Positions 1-10,614 of a DNA stretch of 64,000 nucleotides are shown here, one piece after another. The notes below the pieces were generated by a model. The model did not search any database and had not been told where the DNA came from. It saw only the letters and a list, made by a program, of their open reading frames with translations. This stretch comes from Gemmatimonadota bacterium (GTDB taxonomy: Bacteria > Gemmatimonadota > Gemmatimonadetes > Longimicrobiales > Gaopeijiaceae), in assembly GCA_034521595.1 (NCBI GenBank), contig JAXHMG010000003.1:2496001-2560000 (forward strand), written 5' to 3'. Within the stretch, counting starts at the first letter, position 1. Each line of letters begins with the position of its first letter. The translations under genes were made by a program, and so were the position numbers.

Positions 1-424
1 ACTCGGCCGCCGCGCGGCTGTCGCCGTGCATCCCGATGTAGTGCTCGACCCCCACGTACAAGCCCTCGGTGTTCTCTCGAATGAGCACGAGGTCGATGTC
101 GTCATAGCGCCCACCCGGCACGATGGTGCGCACCGGCCGCACGTTCGCGTAGAGGTCGAACGCCTTGCGGAGCTGCACGTTGATGGAACGGAAGCCGCGT
201 CCCGAAGGTGTGGTCAACGGCCCCTTCAAGAGCACCCGCGTTCGTTCGAACGAGTCGAGCGTCTCCTGCGGGAGGGGGTCATGGACTTCCTCCAGCGCCG
301 TGACACCCGCGAGCTGCATATCGAAGTCGAGATCGACCCCGGCTCCACGCAGCACTCGCAGGGTGGCATCGGTGACCTCGGGGCCGATCCCGTCTCCGGG
401 CACGACTGTGATCGTCTTGGACAT
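1..424 (-). CDS. Isocitrate/isopropylmalate dehydrogenase family protein (5' part; runs off window start)
   Basis: Hand translation from ATG at 424: MSKTITVVPGDGIGPEVT...LKGPLTTP...SINVQLRKAFDLYANVRP...IRENTEGLY, the hallmark motifs of the family. Not in the ORF track because it has no stop in the window. Confidence 0.92.
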   Translation of the reverse strand, partial: MSKTITVVPGDGIGPEVTDATLRVLRGAGVDLDFDMQLAGVTALEEVHDPLPQETLDSFERTRVLLKGPLTTPSGRGFRSINVQLRKAFDLYANVRPVRTIVPGGRYDDIDLVLIRENTEGLYVGVEHYIGMHGDSRAAAE

Positions 425-489
425 GGTTCGTGAGTTGTGGGTGAAGCCGGACCGCGCGTCCGGCGGGTGGAATGGTTCACACGGCGGGA

Positions 490-1095
490 TCAGCTAGAAT
501 CCTCGTCGCCAACGTACCAGAGCAGCGTCCGGGACACTTCGTCAACCGCCGACGCGAGCAGTCGGGGATCGTCGGTCGGATGGGGTTCGCCCTCGAGGAC
601 GGCGAACCATGCCACCCGCCCGCTGCGTGTGTCGATGAGCGTGACCGTGAGTCTCACCCGCGGATGTTGCTCGTCCGGATTTTGGACGAGCTCGGCGCGG
701 ATGGGCAGCACGGCCGCCTGCGCGTCCACGAGCGCGGAGAGCCGGTAGAGCTCGCCGAACAGAGGATCGCCCACCCGGAGCACCTCGGCGGAGAGGAACT
801 GACCCACGGCCAGCCCGCGGGTGCGCGCGTCCAGACTCGGCGAGCGCGCCAGGGCCCGATCCAGATCCTCCGGTGGCACCCACGTGACGTCGGTCGCGCG
901 CGACCTCAGGCCGAACAGGAGCTCGGCGTCGGGATTCCCGGGCACGCCCATCACCTGTTGGATCGGGAGGAGCATGACCGTGCTTCCCCGCAAATCCGGC
1001 GGCACGCCCTGCGACGAGCCGGGCTCGGGTGGCGGCGCCGTCCGGGAGCCGCAGCCGACCAGCGCGACGAGCAATGTCAACGTCAGGGAAAGCAC
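490..1095 (-). CDS. Hypothetical lipoprotein
   Basis: ORF 490..1368 contains a hydrophobic stretch plus lipobox-like LVGC followed by a globular region. Start (GTG 1095, or ATG near 1200) is uncertain. Confidence 0.65.
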   Translation of the reverse strand: MLSLTLTLLVALVGCGSRTAPPPEPGSSQGVPPDLRGSTVMLLPIQQVMGVPGNPDAELLFGLRSRATDVTWVPPEDLDRALARSPSLDARTRGLAVGQFLSAEVLRVGDPLFGELYRLSALVDAQAAVLPIRAELVQNPDEQHPRVRLTVTLIDTRSGRVAWFAVLEGEPHPTDDPRLLASAVDEVSRTLLWYVGDEDSS

Positions 1096-1382
1096 GCGCC
1101 ATCTGTCACCATGCCGTTCCAACCGCGAATCTCCTCCGAGATGATTCCGGCCACGCCTGAGCGCCGGTGTCGTGTACGGGGAACAGCCCAGGGCGGACAT
1201 CCGGTGGTCGTCGCTGGCAGCGCACCGGGGCGGGCTCCCACGATAAAGTAGGCGTCCACGAGCACGGGTTGAACCTCTCGCTCGATACCCATTGACATCC
1301 GAGCGCGAGGGTGACCGATTGGCCGATCCTTCGCTCGGATGCCGACATCCGGGCCGACACCCGAACAATCGGAGTACGGGGA

Positions 1383-1766
1383 ATGAGTGATGCCACCGTC
1401 CGGCACGAAAAGTGGGACGAGATCGAGCGTGAGGAGGTCACGGATTCGATCGCCCGCCGACTGTTCACCGGCGAGCGGATGATGCTGGCCCAGGTCTACC
1501 TGGACAAGGGAGCGATCGTGCCGAGACACAGCCACGAGAACGAACAACTCACGTGGATCGTGGAAGGCGCTCTCCGGTTCTGGATCGGTGAAGAAGGGTC
1601 GGAGGATTTCCGGGAGCTCGTCGTCTCCGCGGGCGAGGTCCTGTTCATCCCGTCGAACGTCCTCCACAAGGCCGAGGCGCTCGAGGACACGTTCGACGTC
1701 GACGTGTTCAGCCCTCCGCGCCAGGATTGGCTCGACGGCACGGACAGCTACTTCAACCGCACGTAA
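1383..1766 (+). CDS. Cupin domain protein
   Basis: PRHSHENEQ and IPSNVLH cupin metal-binding motifs; DVFSPPRQDW C-terminal signature. Confidence 0.88.
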   Translation: MSDATVRHEKWDEIEREEVTDSIARRLFTGERMMLAQVYLDKGAIVPRHSHENEQLTWIVEGALRFWIGEEGSEDFRELVVSAGEVLFIPSNVLHKAEALEDTFDVDVFSPPRQDWLDGTDSYFNRT

Positions 1767-1779
1767 GGCGATCTGACCC

Positions 1780-2571
1780 ATGGATCTGGGAATCGAGGGA
1801 CGCGTGGCCGTCGTGTGCGGCTCCAGCCAGGGACTCGGGCGTGCGGTCGCGCGGACCTTGGCCGAGGAAGGCGCGAAGGTCGTGGTGAACTCACGTTCCG
1901 CGGACAAGCTGGACGCCACGCGGAAGGCCATCGCCGAGTCCACCGGAGCGGAAGTGGAAGCGATTCCGGCCGACCTCACCCAACCGGATGCGGTGCGCGC
2001 GCTGATCGACGGGGCGGAGCGGGCGTTCGGTCGGGTCGACATTCTCGTGACGAACACGGGAGGACCGCCCTCGGGTCCCTTCGAGGAGCATTCGGAAGAG
2101 GTCTGGAAGGCGGCGATCGCGAACAACTTCGAGAGCGTCGTGAATCTGGTCCGCGAGGGGCTTCCCGGCATGAAGGAACGCGGGTGGGGACGCATCCTCA
2201 ACGTCACGTCCATCTCGGTGAAGCAGCCCGTGGCCGGTCTCATCCTCTCGAACTCGCTGCGTGCCGGTGTGACCGGGTTCGCCCGCACCATCGCGAACGA
2301 AGCCGCGCCGTTCGGCGTGACGGTGAACAACATCCTCCCGGGATTCACCCGCACGGAACGGCTCGTGAACCTCGCCGAGGCCGTCTCGAGCCGGGAGGGA
2401 GGAACGATCGAGGACGCCTACGACGCCTGGGAATCCCAGATTCCGATGGGACGTGTGGGTGAGCCCGAAGAGTTCGCGGCGTTGGCCGCATTCCTGTGCT
2501 CCGAGAGAGCCTCCTATATCACCGGACAGTCGGTCGCCGTCGACGGCGGCTGGATCAAGGGACTGATCTAA
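1780..2571 (+). CDS. SDR family oxidoreductase
   Basis: GSSQGLG nucleotide-binding motif, TNTGGP, SNSLR in place of Yxxx[12 protein letters not shown]. Confidence 0.9.
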   Translation: MDLGIEGRVAVVCGSSQGLGRAVARTLAEEGAKVVVNSRSADKLDATRKAIAESTGAEVEAIPADLTQPDAVRALIDGAERAFGRVDILVTNTGGPPSGPFEEHSEEVWKAAIANNFESVVNLVREGLPGMKERGWGRILNVTSISVKQPVAGLILSNSLRAGVTGFARTIANEAAPFGVTVNNILPGFTRTERLVNLAEAVSSREGGTIEDAYDAWESQIPMGRVGEPEEFAALAAFLCSERASYITGQSVAVDGGWIKGLI

Positions 2572-3503
2572 TGGGTGCTGTGACCTTCCAAGAATCGGAG
2601 TGGATCTGGAAAGACGGCGAGCTCATCCCGTGGCGGGACGCCAAGCTCCACATCTTCTCGACCGCCGTGCAGTTCGGCACCTCGGTCTTCGAGGGGATGC
2701 GCGCGTACGAAACGGAACGGGGCCCCGCGATCTTCCGCCTGGATGCCCACATCCGGAGGCTCTACGACTCCGCGAAGATCTTCCGCATGACGCCCGACAT
2801 CGCCGCGGAGGACGTGCGAAAAGCCAGCATGCGGGTGATCGCGGAGAACGGCCTGGAGAGTGCCTACATCCGCCCCATGGTGCTCCGCGGATACGGTGCT
2901 CCCGGAATCAACCCGTTCGGCAGCCCGATCGAGGTCTACGTGGGCGCCTGGGCATGGGGAACGTACCTGGGTCCGGAAGCCCTCGAGAAAGGGATCGACG
3001 TGTGCGTCTCCTCCTGGCAGCGCGCCCTGCCGAACACGTATCCGCAACGCGCCAAGGCCGGAGGCCACTACGTGAACGCGCAGCTCATGAAGATGGAAGC
3101 GCTCCAGAACGGCTACGCGGACGCGATCGCGCTCGGCCCCGGCGGCCTGGTGAGCGAAGGGAGCGGCATGAACCTCTTTCTGGTCCGGGACGGCGTCGTG
3201 ATCACCCCTTTCCTCGACGGCACCTCACTCGAGGGGATCACACGGAGCGCGATCCTCACCATGGCGCGGGACCTCGGTTTCGAGACGCGCGAGCAACAAG
3301 TGCCCCGGGAGAGCCTCTACACGGCCGACGAGCTCTTCTTCACCGGCACCGCCGCCGAGGTGACGCCCATTCGAAGCGTCGACGGCATCCAGATCGGACA
3401 GGGGAAAGCCGGCCCGGTGGCTCTGGCGCTACAGAAGCACTTCCTCGATACGGTGCACGGCAAGAACGACGACCCGCACGGCTGGCTGACCTACGTGGAG
3501 TGA
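2571..3503 (+). CDS. ilvE: Branched-chain amino acid aminotransferase (PLP fold IV)
   Basis: VFEGMRAY, AKAGGHY, EGSGMNLF, LEGITR, FFTGTAAEVTP motifs; TAATG stop/start overlap with the SDR. Confidence 0.9.
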   Translation: MGAVTFQESEWIWKDGELIPWRDAKLHIFSTAVQFGTSVFEGMRAYETERGPAIFRLDAHIRRLYDSAKIFRMTPDIAAEDVRKASMRVIAENGLESAYIRPMVLRGYGAPGINPFGSPIEVYVGAWAWGTYLGPEALEKGIDVCVSSWQRALPNTYPQRAKAGGHYVNAQLMKMEALQNGYADAIALGPGGLVSEGSGMNLFLVRDGVVITPFLDGTSLEGITRSAILTMARDLGFETREQQVPRESLYTADELFFTGTAAEVTPIRSVDGIQIGQGKAGPVALALQKHFLDTVHGKNDDPHGWLTYVE

Positions 3504-3540
3504 CCTCCGCCGCCCCGCCACTGGAGCGGACGGCTCCGGG

Positions 3541-4101
3541 CTACCAGTCGGGGCTCTCCTCGGCCTCCAGGTTCCGAAGCGCGTCGCGTAGCCGCTCCTG
3601 GTCCTTCTCGTCCAAATCGGCCGGATCGGAGATGGTCGCCGGCCGCTCCCGCTTGGTCGCCCCGTTGCGTATGAGCAGGCCGACCAACATCCCGATGCTG
3701 AGGATGCCGATGGCCGGAAGGAAGTAACCGACGAGGTTGAAGCCTTCCCGCGGCGGCGACATGAGCACGGACGTTCCGAAGTCCGAGACGAAGCTCGCCT
3801 GGATGGCTTCGACGCTTTCGCCTCGCTCCAGTGCCTCCCGGATACGGGTGGACCAGACCGGAGACGTGCCGCACTGCATCTGGAACTGACAGGAGTGCAC
3901 GTCCAAGCCACAACCGCAGCTGCACTTCAACGCGCTCTCGAGGACCATGAGCTTCTCGCCCACCTCACCCACGTGGTAGTGCCCGCCCGTGGGCGCATCC
4001 GGGTCGAAGCCGGGATGGGAAGGGCCGGTCGACTGGGCCTGCGCGGGAACGGAAAGAACCGCGAGCGCGGTCAATCCCGCCGCGAACGTCGAAAGCTTCA
4101 T
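3541..4101 (-). CDS. ccmH: Cytochrome c biogenesis CcmH/CcmL-like protein
   Basis: Signal peptide, LKCSCGC motif, 'I..ALERGES.E.I...FV..FG..VL..PP' segment and a C-terminal TM helix. Confidence 0.7.
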   Translation of the reverse strand: MKLSTFAAGLTALAVLSVPAQAQSTGPSHPGFDPDAPTGGHYHVGEVGEKLMVLESALKCSCGCGLDVHSCQFQMQCGTSPVWSTRIREALERGESVEAIQASFVSDFGTSVLMSPPREGFNLVGYFLPAIGILSIGMLVGLLIRNGATKRERPATISDPADLDEKDQERLRDALRNLEAEESPDW

Positions 4102-4329
4102 GGTTGGCTCAAGTCCTGAGTGGTCGATTCCATGCCGAACTTTTCGGTTCTCCGTAACCGAAAGGGGAGCCGACGTTCCGGTCGCGCCCCGGAGCACGCT
4201 TACACGGCGGCGGCGACGGGCCCCCTGCGACGCCGCGACGTCCGAAACGATTGCCCCGAACGCTCGCACGGGTTACTTAATGGCCTCCCCGAACCGATAT
4301 CCGAAACCGTTACGACACTGGGACGCGAC

Positions 4330-5475
4330 ATGACGATCAAGAGACGCGATTTCCTGAAGAAAGCCGGAACAGGCACGGCCGGTGCGATGGCCCTCGGTGC
4401 TTGCGGAGGAGGCGAAAGCCCGGCCGCCGGCGGCGGTGGCGCCGCCGTCGATGGACCGCAGGTGAACTGGCGGCTGGCCACGAGCTTCCCGCCGAGCCTC
4501 GACATCCTCCACGGCGCGGGTGTCCGGATCGCGGAACGCGTTTCCGAGCTGACCGGCGGGAACTTCACCATGCGTGTCTACGCGGCCGGCGAGCTCGTTC
4601 CGGCGCTCCAGGTCATGGACGCCGTGCAGCAGGGTACGGTCCAGTGTGGCGTGTCCCCGGGCTACTACTACACCGGCAAGAACCCGGCCCTGGCGTTCGA
4701 CACGGCCATCCCGTTCGGACTCAGCACGCGGCAGCAGTATTCGTGGCTCATGTACGGCGGCGGGCTCGAGCTCCTCAACGACATCTACTCCGACTTCGGG
4801 GTCATCATGTTCCCGGCCAACTCGACCGGGGGGCAGATGGGCGGTTGGTTCCGGGAGCCGGTGGGTAGCTTGGCCGAGCTGAACGGCCTTACATTCCGCA
4901 TTCCCGGCATCGGCGGCGAGATCATGTCACGCTTGGGCGTCACGGTCCAGGTGCTCGGCGCGGCCGAGATCTACCCCGCCCTCGAGCGCGGCGCCATCGA
5001 CGCGACCGAGTGGGTCGGCCCGTACGATGACGAGAAGCTGGGACTCCAACAGATCGCCAAGAACTACTATTACCCGGGATGGTGGGAAGGCGGAGTCTCC
5101 ATGGGCCTCCTCATCAGCCAGCAACACTTCAACGAGCTTCCCGAGAGCTATCAGCACATCTTGCGAGCGGTGTGCGCCGAGACGTTCATCGACCGCCTCG
5201 CCCGCTACGACGCGGAGAACCCTCCGGCGCTTCGGCGCCTCGTGCAGGAGCACGGCGTGACGCTCCGACCGTTCCCCGAGGACATCATGGAAGCCGCCTG
5301 GGAAGCGTCCAACAACTACCTCGAGGAGCAGGCCGCGGACGACGAGGCCTTCCGTCGGGTGTACGAGTCGTACAGGGACTACCGGAACATGGCCTTCCCG
5401 TACGCCGCGGGTAATCAGCTCGAGTACGCGAAAGCGGCCTTCACCCGCATCGGCAACCCGCAGATGACCGGGTAG
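4330..5475 (+). CDS. TRAP transporter substrate-binding protein (DctP/TakP-like), Tat-exported lipoprotein
   Basis: KRRDFLK twin-arginine signal plus LGAC lipobox; WRLATSFP, GGQMGGWF, LERGAIDATEWVGPYDD, YYPGWWE motifs. Confidence 0.92.
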   Translation: MTIKRRDFLKKAGTGTAGAMALGACGGGESPAAGGGGAAVDGPQVNWRLATSFPPSLDILHGAGVRIAERVSELTGGNFTMRVYAAGELVPALQVMDAVQQGTVQCGVSPGYYYTGKNPALAFDTAIPFGLSTRQQYSWLMYGGGLELLNDIYSDFGVIMFPANSTGGQMGGWFREPVGSLAELNGLTFRIPGIGGEIMSRLGVTVQVLGAAEIYPALERGAIDATEWVGPYDDEKLGLQQIAKNYYYPGWWEGGVSMGLLISQQHFNELPESYQHILRAVCAETFIDRLARYDAENPPALRRLVQEHGVTLRPFPEDIMEAAWEASNNYLEEQAADDEAFRRVYESYRDYRNMAFPYAAGNQLEYAKAAFTRIGNPQMTG

Positions 5476-5499
5476 GGAGCCGCGACCTCGAAGCGCATC

Positions 5500-5538
5500 G
5501 ACGGCCTCGGGGGACCGTAAGCGTCCTCCGAGGCCGTC
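5500..5538. terminator. GC-rich hairpin between convergent genes, probable bidirectional terminator
   Basis: GACGGCCTCGGGGGAC / GTCCTCCGAGGCCGTC inverted repeat between the SBP stop and the O-methyltransferase stop. Confidence 0.6.
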
Positions 5539-6199
5539 AGCGTTTGCGGGCCAACGTCACGCCGTCCCCGATGGGGACGAGACTCAAGGACACACGCTCG
5601 TCTACGTGGACCTTACGGTTGAAGCTCCGAATCGCTTCAGTCGCGGCCTCCCGGTCGCTCGGGTCGGCCACGCGCCCGTGCCACAAGGTGTTGTCCACCG
5701 CGATCAACCCTCCCTTCCGCACGAGCTCGAGGGAGCGCTCGTAGTAGCCGTCCAGGCCTCGCTTGTCCGCGTCGAGGAACACCAGATCGAACCGGCCCGC
5801 CTCGCCGGAAGCGACGAGATCGGCCAAGGTCTCCGCGGCGGGCGCGATCCTCAGATCGATCCGATCTCCCACGCCGGCCTCCTCCCAATACCGTCGGGCG
5901 ATGGCGGTCCATTCCTCGTCGGTGTCACACGCCACGAGGGTTCCGTCCTCCGGCATCGCCAGGGCCATGGCGAGCGCGCTGTAACCGGTGAACGTACCGA
6001 CCTCGAGGATCCGCCCCGCCCCGAGGACCTCCACGAGCAGCCCCAAAAACTGACCCTGCTCGGGGCTGATCTGCATGTGCCCCTTCTCGAGGGTCGCCGT
6101 CTCGTCTCGGAGCCGCCGCATGACCTCAGGTTCCCGCAGCGACACCTCCAACAGGTAGGCGTGGAGCGCCTCGGTCAGCGGCGTGGTTCGACGGCTCAT
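5537..6199 (-). CDS. Class I SAM-dependent O-methyltransferase (caffeoyl-CoA/catechol OMT-like)
   Basis: MQISPEQGQ, LEVGTFTGYS, FDLVFLDADK, VDNTLWHG, PIGDG motifs. Confidence 0.92.
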   Translation of the reverse strand: MSRRTTPLTEALHAYLLEVSLREPEVMRRLRDETATLEKGHMQISPEQGQFLGLLVEVLGAGRILEVGTFTGYSALAMALAMPEDGTLVACDTDEEWTAIARRYWEEAGVGDRIDLRIAPAAETLADLVASGEAGRFDLVFLDADKRGLDGYYERSLELVRKGGLIAVDNTLWHGRVADPSDREAATEAIRSFNRKVHVDERVSLSLVPIGDGVTLARKR

Positions 6200-7503
6200 C
6201 AGGTCGTGGGCAGCGCCATCCAGCCCAGGAAGGCCAGCACGACCACCTGAATGGCGATGAACGGAATCACCCCTCTATAGATCGCCGTCGTCTCGATGTT
6301 TCGCGGCGTCACCCCCCTCAGGTAGAAGAGGCTGAAGCCGAACGGGGGTGTCAGGAACGACGTCTGCAGGTTGACGGCCAGCAGGATGCCGAGCGAAACC
6401 AGATCCACGCCGAGCACCACGGCGGGGGGCACGATGAGCGGGACGATGATGAACGCGATCTCGAAGAAGTCGATGAAGAACCCGAGGATGAAGACCACGA
6501 GGTTCACGACGATCAGAAAGCCCAGCGCGCCTCCCGGGATGCCCGTCAGCATCTCCTCGATCCAGATGTCGCCGTCGAATCCCCGAAACACGAGCGCGAA
6601 CATGGTCGACCCGATGAGGAGGAACACCACCATGATGGTGAGCCGGCTGGTTTCCTCCATCGCGGCCTTCAGGGTCGTCATGTTGAGCTGACGGTTGAGG
6701 GCCGCGAGCACCATCGCGCCCACCGCGCCGAGCGCGCCCGCTTCGGTCGGCGTCGCAACCCCGGCGAAGATGCTGCCGAGAACCACGACGATGAGCGTCA
6801 GCGGTGGCAGGAGCGACAGGATCACCTGTCGCAGCAAGGTGAGCCCCGTCGAGCGCAGCTCCAGGGGAAGCGCGGGCGCGACGTTCTTGTCCAGGAACGC
6901 CAGTCCGAAAACGTAGACGACGTACGCCCCGGTCAGCACCAGCCCCGGCATCAGGGCCGCTCGGAAGAGATCGCCCACGCTGACGCCCATCTGATCGCCG
7001 AGGACGATCAGCACGATCGATGGTGGAATGATCTGGCCCAGGGTGCCGGACGCCGAGATGACGCCGAGGCTGAGCTCCTTGTTGTACGAGTTGCGGAGCA
7101 TGACCGGAAGCGAGATCAGGCCCATGGCGGTCACGCTGGCGCCCACTACGCCCGTCGCGGCGGCCAGGAGGGCGCCCACCACCACCACGCCCACGGCGAG
7201 CCCACCTCGAAAGCCTCCGAACAGCGCGCCGATCGTCTCGAGAAGCTGTTCGGCCAGCTTGCTCTTCTCCAAGACGGTGCCCATGAAGATGAAGAAGGGC
7301 ACCGCCAGGAGCGTGTAGTTCGACATCGTGCCGAACGTGCGCTCCGGCATGGCGAAGAGAAAGAACAGGTCGAACTGGTTGAACACATGGCCCACGAGGG
7401 CGAACGCCAGCGCGGATCCCCCCAGGACGAACGCCACCGGATATCCGGTGAAGATCAGCCCCAGGGTCACGCAAAACATCATCGGACCCCAAAGATCGCT
7501 CAT
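6199..7503 (-). CDS. TRAP transporter large permease DctM
   Basis: Highly hydrophobic; LLAVPFFIFMG, SGTLGQIIPPSI, ATPTEA, SFLTPPFG motifs. Confidence 0.93.
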   Translation of the reverse strand: MSDLWGPMMFCVTLGLIFTGYPVAFVLGGSALAFALVGHVFNQFDLFFLFAMPERTFGTMSNYTLLAVPFFIFMGTVLEKSKLAEQLLETIGALFGGFRGGLAVGVVVVGALLAAATGVVGASVTAMGLISLPVMLRNSYNKELSLGVISASGTLGQIIPPSIVLIVLGDQMGVSVGDLFRAALMPGLVLTGAYVVYVFGLAFLDKNVAPALPLELRSTGLTLLRQVILSLLPPLTLIVVVLGSIFAGVATPTEAGALGAVGAMVLAALNRQLNMTTLKAAMEETSRLTIMVVFLLIGSTMFALVFRGFDGDIWIEEMLTGIPGGALGFLIVVNLVVFILGFFIDFFEIAFIIVPLIVPPAVVLGVDLVSLGILLAVNLQTSFLTPPFGFSLFYLRGVTPRNIETTAIYRGVIPFIAIQVVVLAFLGWMALPTT

Positions 7504-8105
7504 GCGTCGTCCCTCTCGTTCGGAACGTCCGCCACGGCTCCGTCGACCGCGGGCATCGGAAGGTGACTCGTGCCGGCCTCTGGATCCACGTTGTCTCGCA
7601 TGGTCTCCACTTGCTTGATGATGTGGCTCACGGCCTGGAGCAGGAGCAGGCCGAAGGACACCAGAATGAGCGCCTTGATGGGGTATCGGGGTAACCCGCC
7701 GGGGTCGGGAGACGTCTCTCCGATGGACCAGGAGTTACGCACCGCCGGGAAGGACAGCCACAACATGGCGATCGAGAACGGCACGAGACACACCACGGTG
7801 CCGACCAGGTCGATGATGGCCCGTGTCCGGGCGGAGAGCCGCTCGAACATGACGTCCACTCGCACATGGACGTCCTTGTTCAAGCCGTACGCGGCCCCCA
7901 TGAGAAAGATCACGCTGAACGCGTACCACTGGCCTTCCACCAGGGGCGTGAGGTTCATCGACATGCCCAGACCGCGCGAGAAATACCTCAAGATCGCGCT
8001 TGTGGCGCCGATGAGCACCATGACCAGCGTGAGCCAGCGAATCGTTACTCCGATCGCGTCGTTGAGGCCGTCGATGCCGGCGCTCAGCCTTCTCAGAATA
8101 AGCAT
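7500..8105 (-). CDS. TRAP transporter small permease DctQ
   Basis: Four TM segments, HVRVD and ETSPDPGGLP motifs; 4-bp overlap with dctM. Confidence 0.9.
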   Translation of the reverse strand: MLILRRLSAGIDGLNDAIGVTIRWLTLVMVLIGATSAILRYFSRGLGMSMNLTPLVEGQWYAFSVIFLMGAAYGLNKDVHVRVDVMFERLSARTRAIIDLVGTVVCLVPFSIAMLWLSFPAVRNSWSIGETSPDPGGLPRYPIKALILVSFGLLLLQAVSHIIKQVETMRDNVDPEAGTSHLPMPAVDGAVADVPNERDDA

Positions 8106-8150
8106 GCGCGGATGATGCATAGGGAGGGCGTCCAGGGCAACGGACACCGG

Positions 8151-9017
8151 TTAGATGAGATATCCCCCGTCCACGGGAATCACGGCACCCGTGATATGGC
8201 GGGCGGACTCGGAACAGAGAAAAGCGACCACGTCGGCCACGTCCTGCGGGTCCCCCAAACGCCCCAGCACGGACTCTTCGCGAGCGCGGTCCAGATGCTC
8301 GGTCGGGATGCCCTCCGTGAGCCTCGTCGTCCGGATGTACCCGGGCGCTACCGCATTCACGTTGATGTTCTTCGGACCCAGCTCGACCGCCGTCGAGCGT
8401 GTGAGCCCGATCAGCCCAGCTTTGGACGCGGCGTAATTCGACACTCCGAACGCTCCACGGATCCCGTGCACGGACGTGATGTTCACGATCTTGCCATATT
8501 CCTGGGCTCGTAAAAAGGGGGTCACGGCCCGCGTGAAGTAGAACGCGCCGTCGAGGTTGGTCCGAACGACGGCTTCCCACTCGTGATCCTCCATACGCCA
8601 CAGCGCCCTGTCCCGCCCTATCCCCGCATTGTTGACGAGCACGTGGAGCCCCCCCAGCTCGACGTTGGCCTCCGCGACGAACCCGTTGACGTCGTGCGCG
8701 TCCCGCACGTCGCAGCTCCGGAAGAAGACCTTCACCTCGAGCTCACGCAGTCGCTTCGCCACGTCCTGCGCTTCCAAGCGGGATGTGGATCCCGTGTCCA
8801 GGAAGCAGAAAGCGACGTGCAGCCCGCACCGCGCCAGGGTAATGGCGATCGCCCGCCCGATTCCGCTCGAGCCGCCCGTGACGACCGCGACGCGTCCACG
8901 CAGGTTGTCGGAGACCAACGCCGGTCGAGGTCGGGCCTCCTCGACCTGGTCGAGCAATGCCTCGACTGCATCGTTCAGGCTCGCATCTTCTGCGGTAGCG
9001 GTTTCGCGATCACTCAT
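8151..9017 (-). CDS. FabG-like SDR (3-oxoacyl-ACP/acetoacetyl-CoA reductase family)
   Basis: TGGSSGIG, NNAGIGRD, NYAASKAG, NAVAPGYI; start assigned at ATG 9017. Confidence 0.85.
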   Translation of the reverse strand: MSDRETATAEDASLNDAVEALLDQVEEARPRPALVSDNLRGRVAVVTGGSSGIGRAIAITLARCGLHVAFCFLDTGSTSRLEAQDVAKRLRELEVKVFFRSCDVRDAHDVNGFVAEANVELGGLHVLVNNAGIGRDRALWRMEDHEWEAVVRTNLDGAFYFTRAVTPFLRAQEYGKIVNITSVHGIRGAFGVSNYAASKAGLIGLTRSTAVELGPKNINVNAVAPGYIRTTRLTEGIPTEHLDRAREESVLGRLGDPQDVADVVAFLCSESARHITGAVIPVDGGYLI

Positions 9018-9114
9018 GGGCGAACAGGCTACCCCGGATGTCCGGGCGGCGCAATTCCGCCGGCGGCCGATGTTCGACCGACGCACTCCGGGGCTTCGTG
9101 CGAGGGCCGAGGGA

Positions 9115-9831
9115 TCACTCGGACGAACCGGCGTCCGTCTCGGTCGGGTCGTAGTCTTCGTCGGCTCCGTGCTTGATCGTGCGACCTTCCACGAGAAAGA
9201 CCACATCCTCGGCCAGGTTGGTCGCCAGATCCCCGGTTCGTTCGAGGTTCTGAGAGACGAGGAGAAGCTCCAGCGCACCGCTGATGCGCTTGGGGTCCTC
9301 CAGCATGTGCGTGACGAGGATGCGAAACATGGAGCGCCGTAGCTCGTCCACCTTGTCGTCCGTGAGGCACACGAGCCGAGCCGTCCCCGTGTTGCGAGCC
9401 ACGTACGCCGCGAGCGCGTCCGACACCATCTCGCGCGTCACGTCCACCATCTCCGCCAGCTCGCGCACTTCGGGGAGCGGGGGGGTGTCCGCCAACCGCT
9501 TCGCCGCCTTGGCGATGTTGAGCGCGTGGTCACCCATCCGCTCCAGGTCGTTGGAGAGCTTGTTGGTGGTGATGATCCGACGCAGATCGGTCGCCATCGG
9601 CTGATGGAGCGCGAGCAGCTCGACCACCTGCTCGTCGATCGCGACCTCGAGCTCGTCGATCCGGTCGTCGGTGCGCCTCGCATGCTCGACGACGTTCGGG
9701 TCCCGCTCGAGCACCGCCTTCGTGGCCGCCGCCAACGCCTCCTCGACGAGACCCGCCATCTCCATGAGGCGATCCTGAAGGGCGTCGAGCCGGCTGTGGA
9801 AATGCCGCTGGCTGGCCTGTGGCGTGCTCAA
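9115..9831 (-). CDS. phoU: Phosphate signalling protein PhoU
   Basis: [28 protein letters not shown] motifs; probable TTG start overlapping the pstB stop. Confidence 0.93.
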   Translation of the reverse strand: MSTPQASQRHFHSRLDALQDRLMEMAGLVEEALAAATKAVLERDPNVVEHARRTDDRIDELEVAIDEQVVELLALHQPMATDLRRIITTNKLSNDLERMGDHALNIAKAAKRLADTPPLPEVRELAEMVDVTREMVSDALAAYVARNTGTARLVCLTDDKVDELRRSMFRILVTHMLEDPKRISGALELLLVSQNLERTGDLATNLAEDVVFLVEGRTIKHGADEDYDPTETDAGSSE

Positions 9832-10610
9832 CCGAACCTCCCCGTGATGTAGGCTTCCGTCTGCTCCTCCTTCGGATTCGTGAAGATCGTCTCCGTCGGC
9901 CCGTACTCGACGAGATGTCCCATATACAGGAAGGCGGTATAGTCGGAGATCCGCGCCGCCTGCTGCATGTTGTGGGTGACGATGACGATCGTGTAATCCT
10001 TCTTGAGCTCGTAGATGAGTTCTTCTATCCGCTGCGTCGCGATGGGATCCAACGCCGAGGCCGGCTCGTCCATCAAGACGATCTCGGGCTTCACCGCGAG
10101 CGTGCGTGCGATGCACAACCGTTGTTGCTGGCCACCGGAGAGGGCATAGGCGGAATCCTGGAGCCGATCGTGAACCTCATCCCACAGCGCGCTCTGCTTC
10201 AGGGACGCCTCCACGAGCATGTCCAGGTCCCCTTCGTGCCCGTTCACCCGCGGACCGAACGCCACGTTGTCGAAGATGGACTTCGGGAAGGGATTCGGCT
10301 TCTGGAACACCATGCCGATGCGCCTTCGGACTTCGACGGGATCCACGTCGTCGCCGTACAGGTTCTGGCCGTGGAAGGTGACCGCACCCTCGACGCGAGC
10401 CGCGGGCACGAGATCGTTCATCCGGTTGAAGCACCGCAGAAGCGTGCTCTTGCCGCACCCGGACGGCCCGATGAGGGCCACGACCTGCCTGGAGGGAATC
10501 GTGAGCGACACGTCCTTCACGGCCTCGAGCTCACCGTAAAAGACGGAGAGCCCCTGCGCCTCGAGCGCGGGCACGCGCCCTCCGGTTTCGATATCGTAGA
10601 TCGTGGCCAT
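9828..10610 (-). CDS. pstB: Phosphate ABC transporter ATPase
   Basis: [44 protein letters not shown]. Confidence 0.97.
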   Translation of the reverse strand: MATIYDIETGGRVPALEAQGLSVFYGELEAVKDVSLTIPSRQVVALIGPSGCGKSTLLRCFNRMNDLVPAARVEGAVTFHGQNLYGDDVDPVEVRRRIGMVFQKPNPFPKSIFDNVAFGPRVNGHEGDLDMLVEASLKQSALWDEVHDRLQDSAYALSGGQQQRLCIARTLAVKPEIVLMDEPASALDPIATQRIEELIYELKKDYTIVIVTHNMQQAARISDYTAFLYMGHLVEYGPTETIFTNPKEEQTEAYITGRFG

Positions 10611-10614
10611 GTCG

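Noticed and set aside
4154-4313. GTTAC/GTAAC pentamers between ccmH and the TRAP binding-protein gene
   Set aside because: The copies are 37 bp apart or on opposite strands, not in the 11-bp register seen at pstS and the TonB receptor.
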